Source of the DNA: Nitrososphaerota archaeon
Lineage (GTDB): Archaea > Thermoproteota > Nitrososphaeria > Nitrososphaerales > Nitrosopumilaceae
Assembly: GCA_016215465.1 (NCBI GenBank)
Contig: JACRJT010000021.1
Location: 116,547 to 140,546 of the forward strand
Direction of reading: 5' to 3'
Length of the DNA stretch: 24,000 nt
Shown: in pieces, positions 15,770 to 24,000 of the stretch
How positions within the stretch are numbered: the first letter of the stretch is position 1
Layout of the letters: every line of letters starts with the position of its first letter
The notes under the pieces: model-generated
What the model saw: the letters and a program-made list of their open reading frames with translations, nothing else
Told to the model about the DNA's origin: nothing
The model's database searches: none
Position numbers and translations under genes: made by a program

Positions 15770-17023
15770 TTGAAAGGTTTCGACGTTTCACGGTTTTTTG
15801 AAAAAGACAGAAAGGAGCGAATTGACATTGTTGCCAAATTTGCAAATCTGACCGAACAAGAAATACAAACCCTTGAGGGTTCTGGAGGAATCTCATTTGA
15901 GCAGGCAGACAAAATGGTTGAAAACGCTATAGGCACATTTTCATTCCCACTTGGAATTGCGACCAATTTTATAATAAACAAAAAAGAATACCTAGTCCCA
16001 ATGGTAATAGAAGAACCATCGGTGATTGCAGCTGCATCCAAGGCTGCCAAGATAGCAAAGATGCGCGGCGGTTTTGTAATGCAAAATGATGAATCATACA
16101 GCATAGGACAAATACAGGTAGTAAATGTCGATGTGGAATCAGCCACACAAAAAATTCTCAAATCTTCAAAGGAAATACTGGACTTGGCAAACTCCAAAAG
16201 CAACACCCTGTCAAAAATAGGCAAGGGCGCAAAGGAGATCTCTTGTAAGGAAATCAAAACAGATGCAGGCCCAATGCTGATTGTCGAACTGTTAATTGAT
16301 GTTGGCGACGCAATGGGGGCAAATGTGACAAACACAATGTGCGAGGGAATAGCACCATTCATAGAAAAAATCACAAATGGCAAGGTAATCCTTCGAATTC
16401 TCTCAAACTATTCTACAAGGAGAATGGTTAGAGGTACTGCAACATTTGAAAAAGAAGCAGTTGGCGGACAAGAGACAGTTGACAACATTATTCTGGCATA
16501 TCAGTTTGCAGCATATGATGAATATCGTGCGGTAACGCACAACAAAGGAGTAATGAATGGAATCATTGCAGTCGCAAACGCAACAGGGCAAGATACTCGT
16601 GCAATCGAGGCAGCCGCACACGCATACGCTTCAAAAAATGGGAGATACACATCACTTACACAATGGCACAAAGACAATGATGGAAACTTGGTTGGTAAAA
16701 TCGAGATCCCGATGTCTGTTGGAATAGTTGGGGGAATCATTAATGTACACCCAACTGCAAAAATATGTACAAAAATACTTGGGGTGCAATCTGCAAGCGA
16801 ACTTGCCTGTATAATTGGTGCTGCAGGTCTTGCGCAAAACTTTAGCGCCCTGCGGGCCCTTGCATCTGAGGGAATTCAAAAAGGCCATATGCGACTACAC
16901 GCAAGAAACATTGCTGCTGCAGCGGGTGCAACGCATGATCAAATCGACACACTTGTCAAGAAAATGACCTCAGAGGGCAATATTTCAATTAATCGGGCAC
17001 GTGAGCTTTTAGAACAGACTTAA
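15770..17023 (+). CDS. hmgA: HMG-CoA reductase, class II type, soluble
   Basis: TTG start 1 nt after the previous stop. Class II-type blocks ENAIGTFSFPLGIATNFIIN, VPMVIEEPSVIAAASKAAK, DAMGANVTNTMCE, GIVGG. No N-terminal membrane domain. Confidence 0.9.
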   Translation: MKGFDVSRFFEKDRKERIDIVAKFANLTEQEIQTLEGSGGISFEQADKMVENAIGTFSFPLGIATNFIINKKEYLVPMVIEEPSVIAAASKAAKIAKMRGGFVMQNDESYSIGQIQVVNVDVESATQKILKSSKEILDLANSKSNTLSKIGKGAKEISCKEIKTDAGPMLIVELLIDVGDAMGANVTNTMCEGIAPFIEKITNGKVILRILSNYSTRRMVRGTATFEKEAVGGQETVDNIILAYQFAAYDEYRAVTHNKGVMNGIIAVANATGQDTRAIEAAAHAYASKNGRYTSLTQWHKDNDGNLVGKIEIPMSVGIVGGIINVHPTAKICTKILGVQSASELACIIGAAGLAQNFSALRALASEGIQKGHMRLHARNIAAAAGATHDQIDTLVKKMTSEGNISINRARELLEQT

Positions 17024-17058
17024 TTCTATCAATAGCCTTTACATTATTTTCTGTTTAA

Positions 17059-17268
17059 TCAAATCTTGTTGAGAAATTCTTCTTTTGTTAAACCTGCTTG
17101 TGATATTATGGACAATAATGTTCCCTTCTTGATTTCTTTATGGCGTGGAACCGTGACCTTGTGCTTCCCATCTGTTAGAAATATGTGACTTCCAGTTTGC
17201 CAGAACTCGGATTTGTTGAGAATTTTTAGAACGTCTCTCCAGAAAAGCACTGGAAGTTTAGATGGCAA
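17059..17268 (-). CDS. hicA: HicA-family toxin (mRNA interferase)
   Basis: 69 aa. MPSKLPVL..RDVLKIL, then GSHIFL..GKHKVTVPRHKEIKKGTLLSIISQAGLTKEEFL, the canonical HicA fold signature including the catalytic His in GSH. Confidence 0.8.
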   Translation of the reverse strand: MPSKLPVLFWRDVLKILNKSEFWQTGSHIFLTDGKHKVTVPRHKEIKKGTLLSIISQAGLTKEEFLNKI

Positions 17269-17479
17269 CTTCGATTATCTTGCCTTTTTTGATCTTTTCT
17301 AATCTGTCCTTTTCCTCAGGAAATGCTTGAAAATATCCTGATACTGCGTCGTCGATCATTTCTTTGAGTTCTGATTCTGTATCTGCTTGTGTTATTATCC
17401 CTGGAATTTCTATGCATTGTGCACTAAATCCACCCTCCTCTTCATTTCTTATGGCGAAAGTGAGTTTGTTTTTCTTCAT
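17258..17479 (-). CDS. hicB: HicB-like antitoxin (UPF0150-type core only, no DNA-binding tail)
   Basis: 73 aa. FAIRNEEEGGFSAQCIEIPGIITQADTESELKEMIDDAVSGYF matches the HicB N-terminal fold pattern (E.d..GGy.a.vPelPGc.tqGdT.eEa..n..eAi). It overlaps hicA by 11 nt. Confidence 0.7.
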   Translation of the reverse strand: MKKNKLTFAIRNEEEGGFSAQCIEIPGIITQADTESELKEMIDDAVSGYFQAFPEEKDRLEKIKKGKIIEVAI

Positions 17480-17500
17480 GATGACATTTAGCTAATCGAG

Positions 17501-17507
17501 TATAAAA
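17501..17507 (-). promoter_or_regulatory. TATA-like element for hicBA (leaderless spacing)
   Basis: Minus strand UUUUAUA is centred about 25 nt upstream of the hicB ATG (17479). The call rests on position and sequence only. Confidence 0.35.
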
Positions 17508-17742
17508 TCAATATGCATGACACGAGAAGTACTGTCTGTTGGAATCTGAACTTCTTAGACTGAATATGGATATCATTTAGAATAGCCATCATAGATTAAT
17601 TCAGTTTATATCAGATTTTCTAATAATTTAGCGGAGTATCAATTCTAGGCATAGATAATTTCAATAACACTCTATCCGAATAACTTGACAGAACCAAAAT
17701 TTGAACAACAAAATATAGAGGTTCTTTTCTCAAGAATTAAAG

Positions 17743-18720
17743 ATGACCAAAGTAAAATTTGCCATTCCAAAGGGAAGCCTTGAGGACGCAACCTTTGCCA
17801 TTTTAGAAAGGTCTTGGACCAAGGTTCAGCGCAAGAGCCGCACATACAGAGTAACACTAGATGATCCTGACATTGCCGTAAAAATGCTAAGACCGCAGGA
17901 AATTCCTACATTTGTCTCTGATGGCTTGTATGACGTCGGCATTACTGGAAAGGACTGGATTGGCGAAACAAAGTCTGACGTGGAGCCACTTTTGGACTTG
18001 GAATATGGAAAGATAAAACTCGTAGTGGCAATCCCTGACACTTATCGATTCAAGTCGCTAGATGAAATGATTGCAGCATATGCAAAACAAAAAAGAATAA
18101 TGCGAATATCCTCAGAATATCTTACAACTGCTTCAAAATTCATAAAACAACTAAAATCATACAAAAAATACTACGGAAACAAAGACCCACAAATTGTCAC
18201 ACCCTGGCTCCGGATTGGAACAAACAAAAGCGTGCAAATTCATCTATCGTTTGGTGCAACAGAAGCAAAGCCGCCAGACGACGTAGATGCGATAATGGAT
18301 GTAACTGAGACTGGAACCACACTTGAACAAAATCAGCTAAAAATTGTTGATACTGTTTTACAATCAAGCGCTCACCTAATCGCAAACAAGAACTCGTTGC
18401 GCGATAAAACAAAGAGGGAAAAAATCTTTGATATAATTACCGTCATGAGGGGTGCAGTTGAGGGAAAAAAGTATCTCCACATTTACCTAAACGTGGAAGA
18501 AAAAAACATGTCAAAATTGCTAAGCAACTTGCCATCACTCAAGCGCCCGACAATTAGCCCACTGAGCGAAAAAGGATGGTATGGCGTGAATACCATAGTC
18601 CCAAAATCTGAATTTCACAAAATGATCCCAAAGCTTAGAAAGATTGCACAGGGCCTAGTAGTGCACGAGCCAAGGCAGATCCTAGAACTTGAGGAGATAA
18701 AGCGTCACGAAGAAAATTGA
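17743..18720 (+). CDS. hisG: ATP phosphoribosyltransferase (long form)
   Basis: KFAIPKGSLEDAT, DVGITGKDWI, GATEAKPPDDVDAIMDVTETGTTLEQNQL, plus a C-terminal regulatory-domain-length extension. An AAATATAG box sits about 29 nt upstream of the ATG. Confidence 0.9.
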   Translation: MTKVKFAIPKGSLEDATFAILERSWTKVQRKSRTYRVTLDDPDIAVKMLRPQEIPTFVSDGLYDVGITGKDWIGETKSDVEPLLDLEYGKIKLVVAIPDTYRFKSLDEMIAAYAKQKRIMRISSEYLTTASKFIKQLKSYKKYYGNKDPQIVTPWLRIGTNKSVQIHLSFGATEAKPPDDVDAIMDVTETGTTLEQNQLKIVDTVLQSSAHLIANKNSLRDKTKREKIFDIITVMRGAVEGKKYLHIYLNVEEKNMSKLLSNLPSLKRPTISPLSEKGWYGVNTIVPKSEFHKMIPKLRKIAQGLVVHEPRQILELEEIKRHEEN

Positions 18721-19976
18721 TGAAGATAATAACAGTCAAAAACGTACATTCCTTTGCCAAGTCCCAGTCGCGCAAATTTGACAAAAAGACAGTTGAATCA
18801 ATAATCAGCCTAGTCCAAAAAGACGGCGATTCCGCACTCAGAAAGTTTGAAAAAAAATTCAACGGCGTAAACATCAAGACATTTCAAGTATCGCAAAAAG
18901 AAATCAAAGACGCGTATCAAAGCGTGACCAAAGAACAGGTACATGCAATCAAATTGGCAAAAACAAGGCTGGAAAAAACCGAGTCGGCACTCAAAACTAA
19001 GCTTGGAAAAATCGAGGTAAACACAGATGGAATTAAGATCACAAAAATATTTGCACCGCTAGACAGCGTGGGGTGTTACGTGCCAGGCGGTCTGGCAAGA
19101 TACCCAAGCTCAGTGATAATGTCTGTCGTTCCAGCAAAAATAGCTGGCGTAAAAAAAATAACAGTTGTGACGCCGCCAAACAAACAAGGAAAAGTAGATC
19201 CACTCGTACTGGTTGCAGCGGACATCTGTAAGGCTGACCAAATCTTCAAAGTGGGAGGGGCGCACGCAATAGCCGCGCTTGCATTTGGCACAAAATCCAT
19301 CCCACAGGTGGATAAAATAGTGGGACCTGGGGGCTCATTTGTCACTGCGGCAAAATATCTTGTTTCTAATGTCGCGTCAATCGACATGCTTGCAGGACCA
19401 ACTGAATTGGCAATAATTGCCGATGATTCAGCAGATCCGAAATTTGTCGCATTGGATTTGATTTCGCAGGCAGAGCACAGTTCGGACACTTCGTGTTGTC
19501 TGATCACACCATCAAAGAATCTGGCATACAAGGTAGTGGACTTTATTGAAAAAATAACACCCGCACTACAAAGAAAAGATATCATTACAGAGAGCTTGAG
19601 CAAAAATGGCTTTGTAGCAATATGCAAGATGTCGGATGCAATACTACTTGCAAATAACCTTGCGCCAGAACACTTGGAGATAATGACGAAACAACCAAAA
19701 GCAATATCAAATAAAATTAAAACAGCCGGTCTCGTACTGTTGGGACAAAACACGCCGTCTGCGGCAAGTGATTACCTCCTCGGAACAAATCACATTTTAC
19801 CGACAAACCGATTTGGAAGATCAAGGGGTTCGCTTTCTGTACTTGATTTTCTAAAAATACAGACAAGTGTCGAGTCATCAAAGCAAGCCCTGCAAAAGAT
19901 AGACAAATATCTGTCAGCACTTGCAAAGGCAGAAAGCCTGCCAAATCATTATGAAGCGGTGAAAAAAAGATTATGA
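18717..19976 (+). CDS. hisD: Histidinol dehydrogenase
   Basis: VGCYVPGG, GGAHAIAALAFGT, GPGGSFVTAAK, LISQAEHSSD, APEHLEI. ATGA overlap with hisG. Confidence 0.95.
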   Translation: MMKIITVKNVHSFAKSQSRKFDKKTVESIISLVQKDGDSALRKFEKKFNGVNIKTFQVSQKEIKDAYQSVTKEQVHAIKLAKTRLEKTESALKTKLGKIEVNTDGIKITKIFAPLDSVGCYVPGGLARYPSSVIMSVVPAKIAGVKKITVVTPPNKQGKVDPLVLVAADICKADQIFKVGGAHAIAALAFGTKSIPQVDKIVGPGGSFVTAAKYLVSNVASIDMLAGPTELAIIADDSADPKFVALDLISQAEHSSDTSCCLITPSKNLAYKVVDFIEKITPALQRKDIITESLSKNGFVAICKMSDAILLANNLAPEHLEIMTKQPKAISNKIKTAGLVLLGQNTPSAASDYLLGTNHILPTNRFGRSRGSLSVLDFLKIQTSVESSKQALQKIDKYLSALAKAESLPNHYEAVKKRL

Positions 19977-21043
19977 GCATCAAGTGGTTTTATCAAAAAC
20001 TGGACGAATACTCTGCACTATCGGGGTACCAAAAGCCAGCGTATCATGCAGGAACAATAAAGCTTGATTCCAACGAAAATTTTGTGATAAATAAGCAGTT
20101 CCAACAGGAAATAATCGACGGCGCAAAGAAAAACTCTGATATCCGTGAATACCCACTTGGAAAATCTGACAATCTGATATCTGCATTATCAGAATACTTG
20201 CATGTTCCATCATCTATGATTGGGATTGGCAATGGCTCTGATCAAATACTTGATCTAATACTTGCAAACTTTGCATCAAAAAAGACCAGAATACTGACGT
20301 CTGATCCGACATTTGGATTCTTTGAGGAGCGATGTAAGCTGTATTCAATTCCTACAACAAAAGTTCCATTTTCAAAAAACATGACGCTAAACACTAGCGA
20401 CTTTATCTCAAAATTCAAAAATACCGACATACTGTACCTTGATTCGCCAAACAACCCAACTGGATTCCAGTTCGCAAAAGATGAAATCGCAGAACTGATT
20501 AAGAAATTTGGCGGGCTTGTTATAGTAGATGAGGCATACGGCGAATTTTCAGACTATTCCGTTGTGGGAATGACAAAAAAATTTGATAACTTGATTGTTG
20601 TAAAGACATTCTCAAAGGCATTTGGGCTTGCCGGACTCAGACTTGGGTATGTGGTTGCAAACAAGCGATTCATAGATGTATTTTCACGCGTACTCCAGTA
20701 CCCATATCCTCTAAACACAATAGCAATTGAGGCAGGAATACTTGCCATGCAAAAAGCAAAACAAATCTCACAAACAATTGAGGAAATAAAGCAGGAGCGA
20801 ACAAGAATCATAAAAAAACTTCGCGAGACTGGAGCATTTGACGTCTTTGACTCAAAGGCAAATTTTGTCCTCTTTGATGCTAGGGGCGCTGACAAGAGGA
20901 TCTACACTGCTCTACTTGAGCAAGGCATCTCTATTCGAAAACTGGGAAAAATTGGAAAGCATGATGGATGTCTAAGGGTTACGGTTGGAACAAGAGACAT
21001 GAACTCCAAGTTTTTGTTGGCAATACGTGATTTTCTGCAATGA
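19973..21043 (+). CDS. hisC: Histidinol-phosphate aminotransferase
   Basis: LDSNENF, YLDSPNNPTG, IVDEAY, and the PLP-lysine block KTFSKAFGLAGLRLGY. ATGA overlap with hisD. Confidence 0.95.
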   Translation: MSIKWFYQKLDEYSALSGYQKPAYHAGTIKLDSNENFVINKQFQQEIIDGAKKNSDIREYPLGKSDNLISALSEYLHVPSSMIGIGNGSDQILDLILANFASKKTRILTSDPTFGFFEERCKLYSIPTTKVPFSKNMTLNTSDFISKFKNTDILYLDSPNNPTGFQFAKDEIAELIKKFGGLVIVDEAYGEFSDYSVVGMTKKFDNLIVVKTFSKAFGLAGLRLGYVVANKRFIDVFSRVLQYPYPLNTIAIEAGILAMQKAKQISQTIEEIKQERTRIIKKLRETGAFDVFDSKANFVLFDARGADKRIYTALLEQGISIRKLGKIGKHDGCLRVTVGTRDMNSKFLLAIRDFLQ

Positions 21044-22011
21044 ATTACCAAAAAATAGGCAGAAATATCATTGCAAAGGACATAAGCCAAATTGGTGACA
21101 TCGATGGTATAATTTTTGACTGTGATGGAGTCCTAGTGGATGTCTCAAAATCATATGACTTGGCAATTCGGAAAACCACTCAATACGTACTCAAAAAATT
21201 TGCAAACATCAAATCCATACCGATAACTGCTGAAATAATAAGCGGCTTCAAATCAACTGGGGGCTTTAACGACGAGGTAGATGTTACGTATGCATCAATT
21301 CTCTCTCTGGCTGCCGCAAAAAAACTGAGAATTGATGATACCAAATTCATATTTCGCGTAATTAAAAATGCAAACAGTACTGGAATAACGTCCGTTGAAA
21401 AGTTTCTTGATACACTTGACGTTGATCTTTCTGACATAAGAAAAAAACTGGACTATCCAGGGAAACGTACAACCAATCCACTGTATGAAATCTTTGATCA
21501 GATTTTCTATGGGCCTATACTGTACAGAAAAATATTCAAGAAAAAATCCCAATTTACAGAAAAAGGGCTAATCAATAACGACAAGGTAATACTTACAAAA
21601 AAACTGCTCTCCATATTTGAGAAAAAATTTGGCAGCAACCTTGCCATGGTGTCTGGACGTGGAAAGGAATCCGTACGTTATTCACTCAAAGAACTACTAA
21701 GTGGATTTAATTTGAAAAGCTCATTATTCCTAGAAGACGAACCAAGGAAAATGGCAAAACCAAATCCAAAATCCCTGTTGTTTTCTGTCAGCAAACTGCA
21801 TGCAAGGCACTGTCTCTATGTGGGAGATTCAATGGAGGATCTGATCATGGCCAATAAAGTAGCAAAGATGGGCAAAAAAATAACGTTTTGTGGCATTTAT
21901 GGGACAAGCAAAAACCACGATTCCAAAATACAATTCTTCAAAGACACGGGTGCCCCAGTCATAATAAAATCAATTAATTTGATCCCAAAGGCATTAAATT
22001 TGGCAAAGTAA
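21040..22011 (+). CDS. HAD-superfamily hydrolase with large cap domain; candidate histidinol-phosphate phosphatase
   Basis: HAD motif I IFDCDGVLVDV, motif II MVSGRG, motif III lysine in KPNPKS, motif IV VGDSMEDL. About 170 aa are inserted between motifs I and II. ATGA overlap with hisC, immediately upstream of hisB. Confidence 0.7.
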   Translation: MNYQKIGRNIIAKDISQIGDIDGIIFDCDGVLVDVSKSYDLAIRKTTQYVLKKFANIKSIPITAEIISGFKSTGGFNDEVDVTYASILSLAAAKKLRIDDTKFIFRVIKNANSTGITSVEKFLDTLDVDLSDIRKKLDYPGKRTTNPLYEIFDQIFYGPILYRKIFKKKSQFTEKGLINNDKVILTKKLLSIFEKKFGSNLAMVSGRGKESVRYSLKELLSGFNLKSSLFLEDEPRKMAKPNPKSLLFSVSKLHARHCLYVGDSMEDLIMANKVAKMGKKITFCGIYGTSKNHDSKIQFFKDTGAPVIIKSINLIPKALNLAK

Positions 22012-22027
22012 AGTCTTTGAGTAACTT

Positions 22028-22615
22028 ATGGCGGCAAGAAAAAGCAGCATTAAGCGTGAAACAAAGGAGACCTCTGTGATCGTACAAACTAACCTTGACG
22101 GTAGCGGCAAGATATCTATCAAAACTGGAATTGATTTCTTTGATCATCTGATTACCTCGTTTGCAAAGCATTCTATGCTTGATCTCACCGTGAAGGCAAA
22201 GTCCAATGATAACATTTTACACCATTTAATCGAGGATGTGGGAATTGCAATCGGCGCTGCAATGGACAAGGCACTTGGAGCCAGAACTGGAATCACAAGG
22301 TTCAGCTATGCCTCAGTTCCACTAGATGAGTCTCTTGCAGAAGCAACAATAGATCTAGTACGACGCCCGTATCACAAAATCAACCTATCAATCAAACGAA
22401 CACAAATTGAAGGAATGTCAAAAGAAGACATCGAGCATTTTTTTACGTCGCTTGCACAGAACCTGAACAGCTGCATACACCTAAACGTCAAGTACGGGGA
22501 AAACGATCACCACAAGGTAGAGGCAGCAATAAAGTCACTTGCAGTAGCGTTTAGAATTGCAGCCAGCATTGATAAGAAGCAAAAAGGAATACCAAGTACA
22601 AAAGGTTCAATGTAA
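22028..22615 (+). CDS. hisB: Imidazoleglycerol-phosphate dehydratase (monofunctional)
   Basis: [61 protein letters not shown]. Confidence 0.95.
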   Translation: MAARKSSIKRETKETSVIVQTNLDGSGKISIKTGIDFFDHLITSFAKHSMLDLTVKAKSNDNILHHLIEDVGIAIGAAMDKALGARTGITRFSYASVPLDESLAEATIDLVRRPYHKINLSIKRTQIEGMSKEDIEHFFTSLAQNLNSCIHLNVKYGENDHHKVEAAIKSLAVAFRIAASIDKKQKGIPSTKGSM

Positions 22616-23220
22616 TGAAGGTAGCAATATTTGATTATGGTGCAGGTAACATATTTAGCCTAAAGGTAGCTTTAGAAAAACAGGGAGCAACAGTTGATGT
22701 CATAAAGAGTTTTGATCAGGCAGATAATTATTCTGGCTTGCTGTTGCCAGGTGTTGGCAATTTTGATCCAGCATTACAAAACATGCGCAAAAACTCAAAG
22801 ACCACATTCCAGGAATATGTTCAGGACAAAATTCCCGTGCTGGGAATCTGTCTTGGCATGGAAATGTTTTTTGAAAAAAGTGAGGAGGGAAAAGAACAAG
22901 GACTTTCAGTAATGGAAGGCGAGGTGGTGATTCTTCCAAACAAATTCAAAATACCGCACATGGGCTGGAACAACCTGAAACTCAGAAAATCAAATCCGCT
23001 GATGGATGGAATACCCGATTCTTCCTGGGTTTATTTTGTTCACTCGTATAGGGTAAAGCCAAAAAATGACGACATTATAGTTGCCGATTCCGATTACGGG
23101 ATTACGGTTCCGGCCATAGTCAACAGGGGCACACTTTACGGAACCCAGTTCCACCCGGAAAAGTCAGGCAAGGTTGGCTCCTTGATGATTCAGAACTTTT
23201 TACGAGAGTGTAAAAAGTGA
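22615..23220 (+). CDS. hisH: Imidazole glycerol phosphate synthase, glutamine amidotransferase subunit
   Basis: VAIFDYGAGNIFS, LPGVGNF, catalytic GICLGMEMFF, PHMGWN, FVHSY, QFHPEKSG. TAATG overlap with hisB. Confidence 0.95.
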   Translation: MKVAIFDYGAGNIFSLKVALEKQGATVDVIKSFDQADNYSGLLLPGVGNFDPALQNMRKNSKTTFQEYVQDKIPVLGICLGMEMFFEKSEEGKEQGLSVMEGEVVILPNKFKIPHMGWNNLKLRKSNPLMDGIPDSSWVYFVHSYRVKPKNDDIIVADSDYGITVPAIVNRGTLYGTQFHPEKSGKVGSLMIQNFLRECKK

Positions 23221-23924
23221 AGGTAATTCCGGCAATTGACCTGATGGAAGGTCAGGTAGTAAGACTATACCAAGGAAAACCAGAAAACAAAACCGTATAC
23301 AGTAGTGATCCCAAGGATGTTGCAAAAAAATGGGAAAAAGCGGGCGCCGACATGCTGCACTTGGTTGATCTTGATGCCACGCTACAAAAGGGATCTAATC
23401 TCAAATTGATTGAAAAAATTACCAAAGAAGTATCAATTCCAGTACAGGTGGCCGGCGGCCTGAGGGAAGAGTCAATAATTTCAGAATCTTTGGGATTTGC
23501 ACAAAGAGTTGTTCTTGGAACAATTGCATTCAAGGACATGGAACTTGTTTCAAATCTGGCAAAAAAATTTGGCACAAATAGAATAGTAATATCTGCAGAT
23601 CATTATGACGGCGTAATAGTGGTAAATGGGTGGCAACAATCGACTAGTATGAATCTGATTGACGCAATGAAAAGTTTTACCGGAAAAAATTTTTCAGAAT
23701 TTCTCATAACAAATGTATCACGAGACGGTACCATGAAAGGACCGGATCTTGACTATCTGAAAAAAGTATGCGCGTTTTCAAATGCGCATGTGATTGCAAG
23801 CGGGGGGATATCAAATCTTGGCGACATTACAGCAGTAAAACAATGCAATGCATATGGCGTTATTCTGGGCAAGGCACTTTATGAGGGTAAGGTATCAATC
23901 GAGGAGGCAAAAAAGCTGGCATGA
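23217..23924 (+). CDS. hisA: ProFAR isomerase
   Basis: GTG start (GTGA overlap with hisH). [43 protein letters not shown]. Confidence 0.93.
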   Translation: MKVIPAIDLMEGQVVRLYQGKPENKTVYSSDPKDVAKKWEKAGADMLHLVDLDATLQKGSNLKLIEKITKEVSIPVQVAGGLREESIISESLGFAQRVVLGTIAFKDMELVSNLAKKFGTNRIVISADHYDGVIVVNGWQQSTSMNLIDAMKSFTGKNFSEFLITNVSRDGTMKGPDLDYLKKVCAFSNAHVIASGGISNLGDITAVKQCNAYGVILGKALYEGKVSIEEAKKLA

Positions 23925-24000
23925 CTCTAACTAAACGAATCATACCATGTCTTGATGTGGCAAACGGGCGGGTGGTCAAGGGACTGAATTTTGAATCAAT
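23921..24000 (+). CDS. hisF: Imidazole glycerol phosphate synthase cyclase subunit, 3'-truncated by the window edge
   Basis: ATGA overlap with his[27 protein letters not shown] is the canonical HisF N-terminus. Confidence 0.9.
   Translation, partial: MTLTKRIIPCLDVANGRVVKGLNFES

Noticed and set aside
17478-17551. Possible C/D-box sRNA: ATGATGA at 17478-17484 and CTGA about 70 nt downstream.
   Set aside because: No credible internal D' or C' boxes at the required 12-nt guide spacing. The C-box candidate overlaps the hicB start codon on the other strand. Likely a chance match.
1-24000. Search for CRISPR arrays, rRNA genes, IS elements, integrases or long direct and inverted repeats.
   Set aside because: I saw no regularly spaced repeats, transposase or integrase-like ORFs, or rRNA-like sequence while reading either strand.

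Overview
AT-rich archaeal chromosome segment. Gene content and style look like a marine ammonia-oxidising thaumarchaeon (Nitrosopumilus-like); that lineage call is my inference. Archaeal markers are a thermosome, exosome Csl4, Dph2, TiaS, MptE-type HPPK and a multi-intron tRNA. Most of the window is tightly packed core metabolism. This includes a thermosome fragment, a ROK kinase, guaA, mptE and folP, guaB, pheA, csl4 and dph2. It also includes a PQQ-type sugar dehydrogenase, a class II HMG-CoA reductase and a translationally coupled his operon (hisG-D-C-HAD-B-H-A-F). The unusual part is 12.1-14.7 kb. First, tiaS is broken by one in-frame TAA inside a conserved block. Second, a free-standing double-motif LAGLIDADG homing-endonuclease gene is followed by about 310 bp without convincing ORFs. 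Third, 33 nt upstream of that gene lies an initiator tRNA-Met gene that I reconstruct by hand as carrying three introns, in the D-loop, anticodon loop and T-loop. Removing them gives a canonical 75-nt archaeal tRNAiMet, and a TATA box sits 27 nt upstream. Other accessory items are a minimal hicB-hicA pair, an oversized-cap HAD phosphatase inside the his operon (candidate histidinol-phosphate phosphatase), and several orphan proteins. I saw no rRNA, CRISPR array, IS element or long repeat. All calls come from reading the sequence and remembered family motifs; no searches were run.
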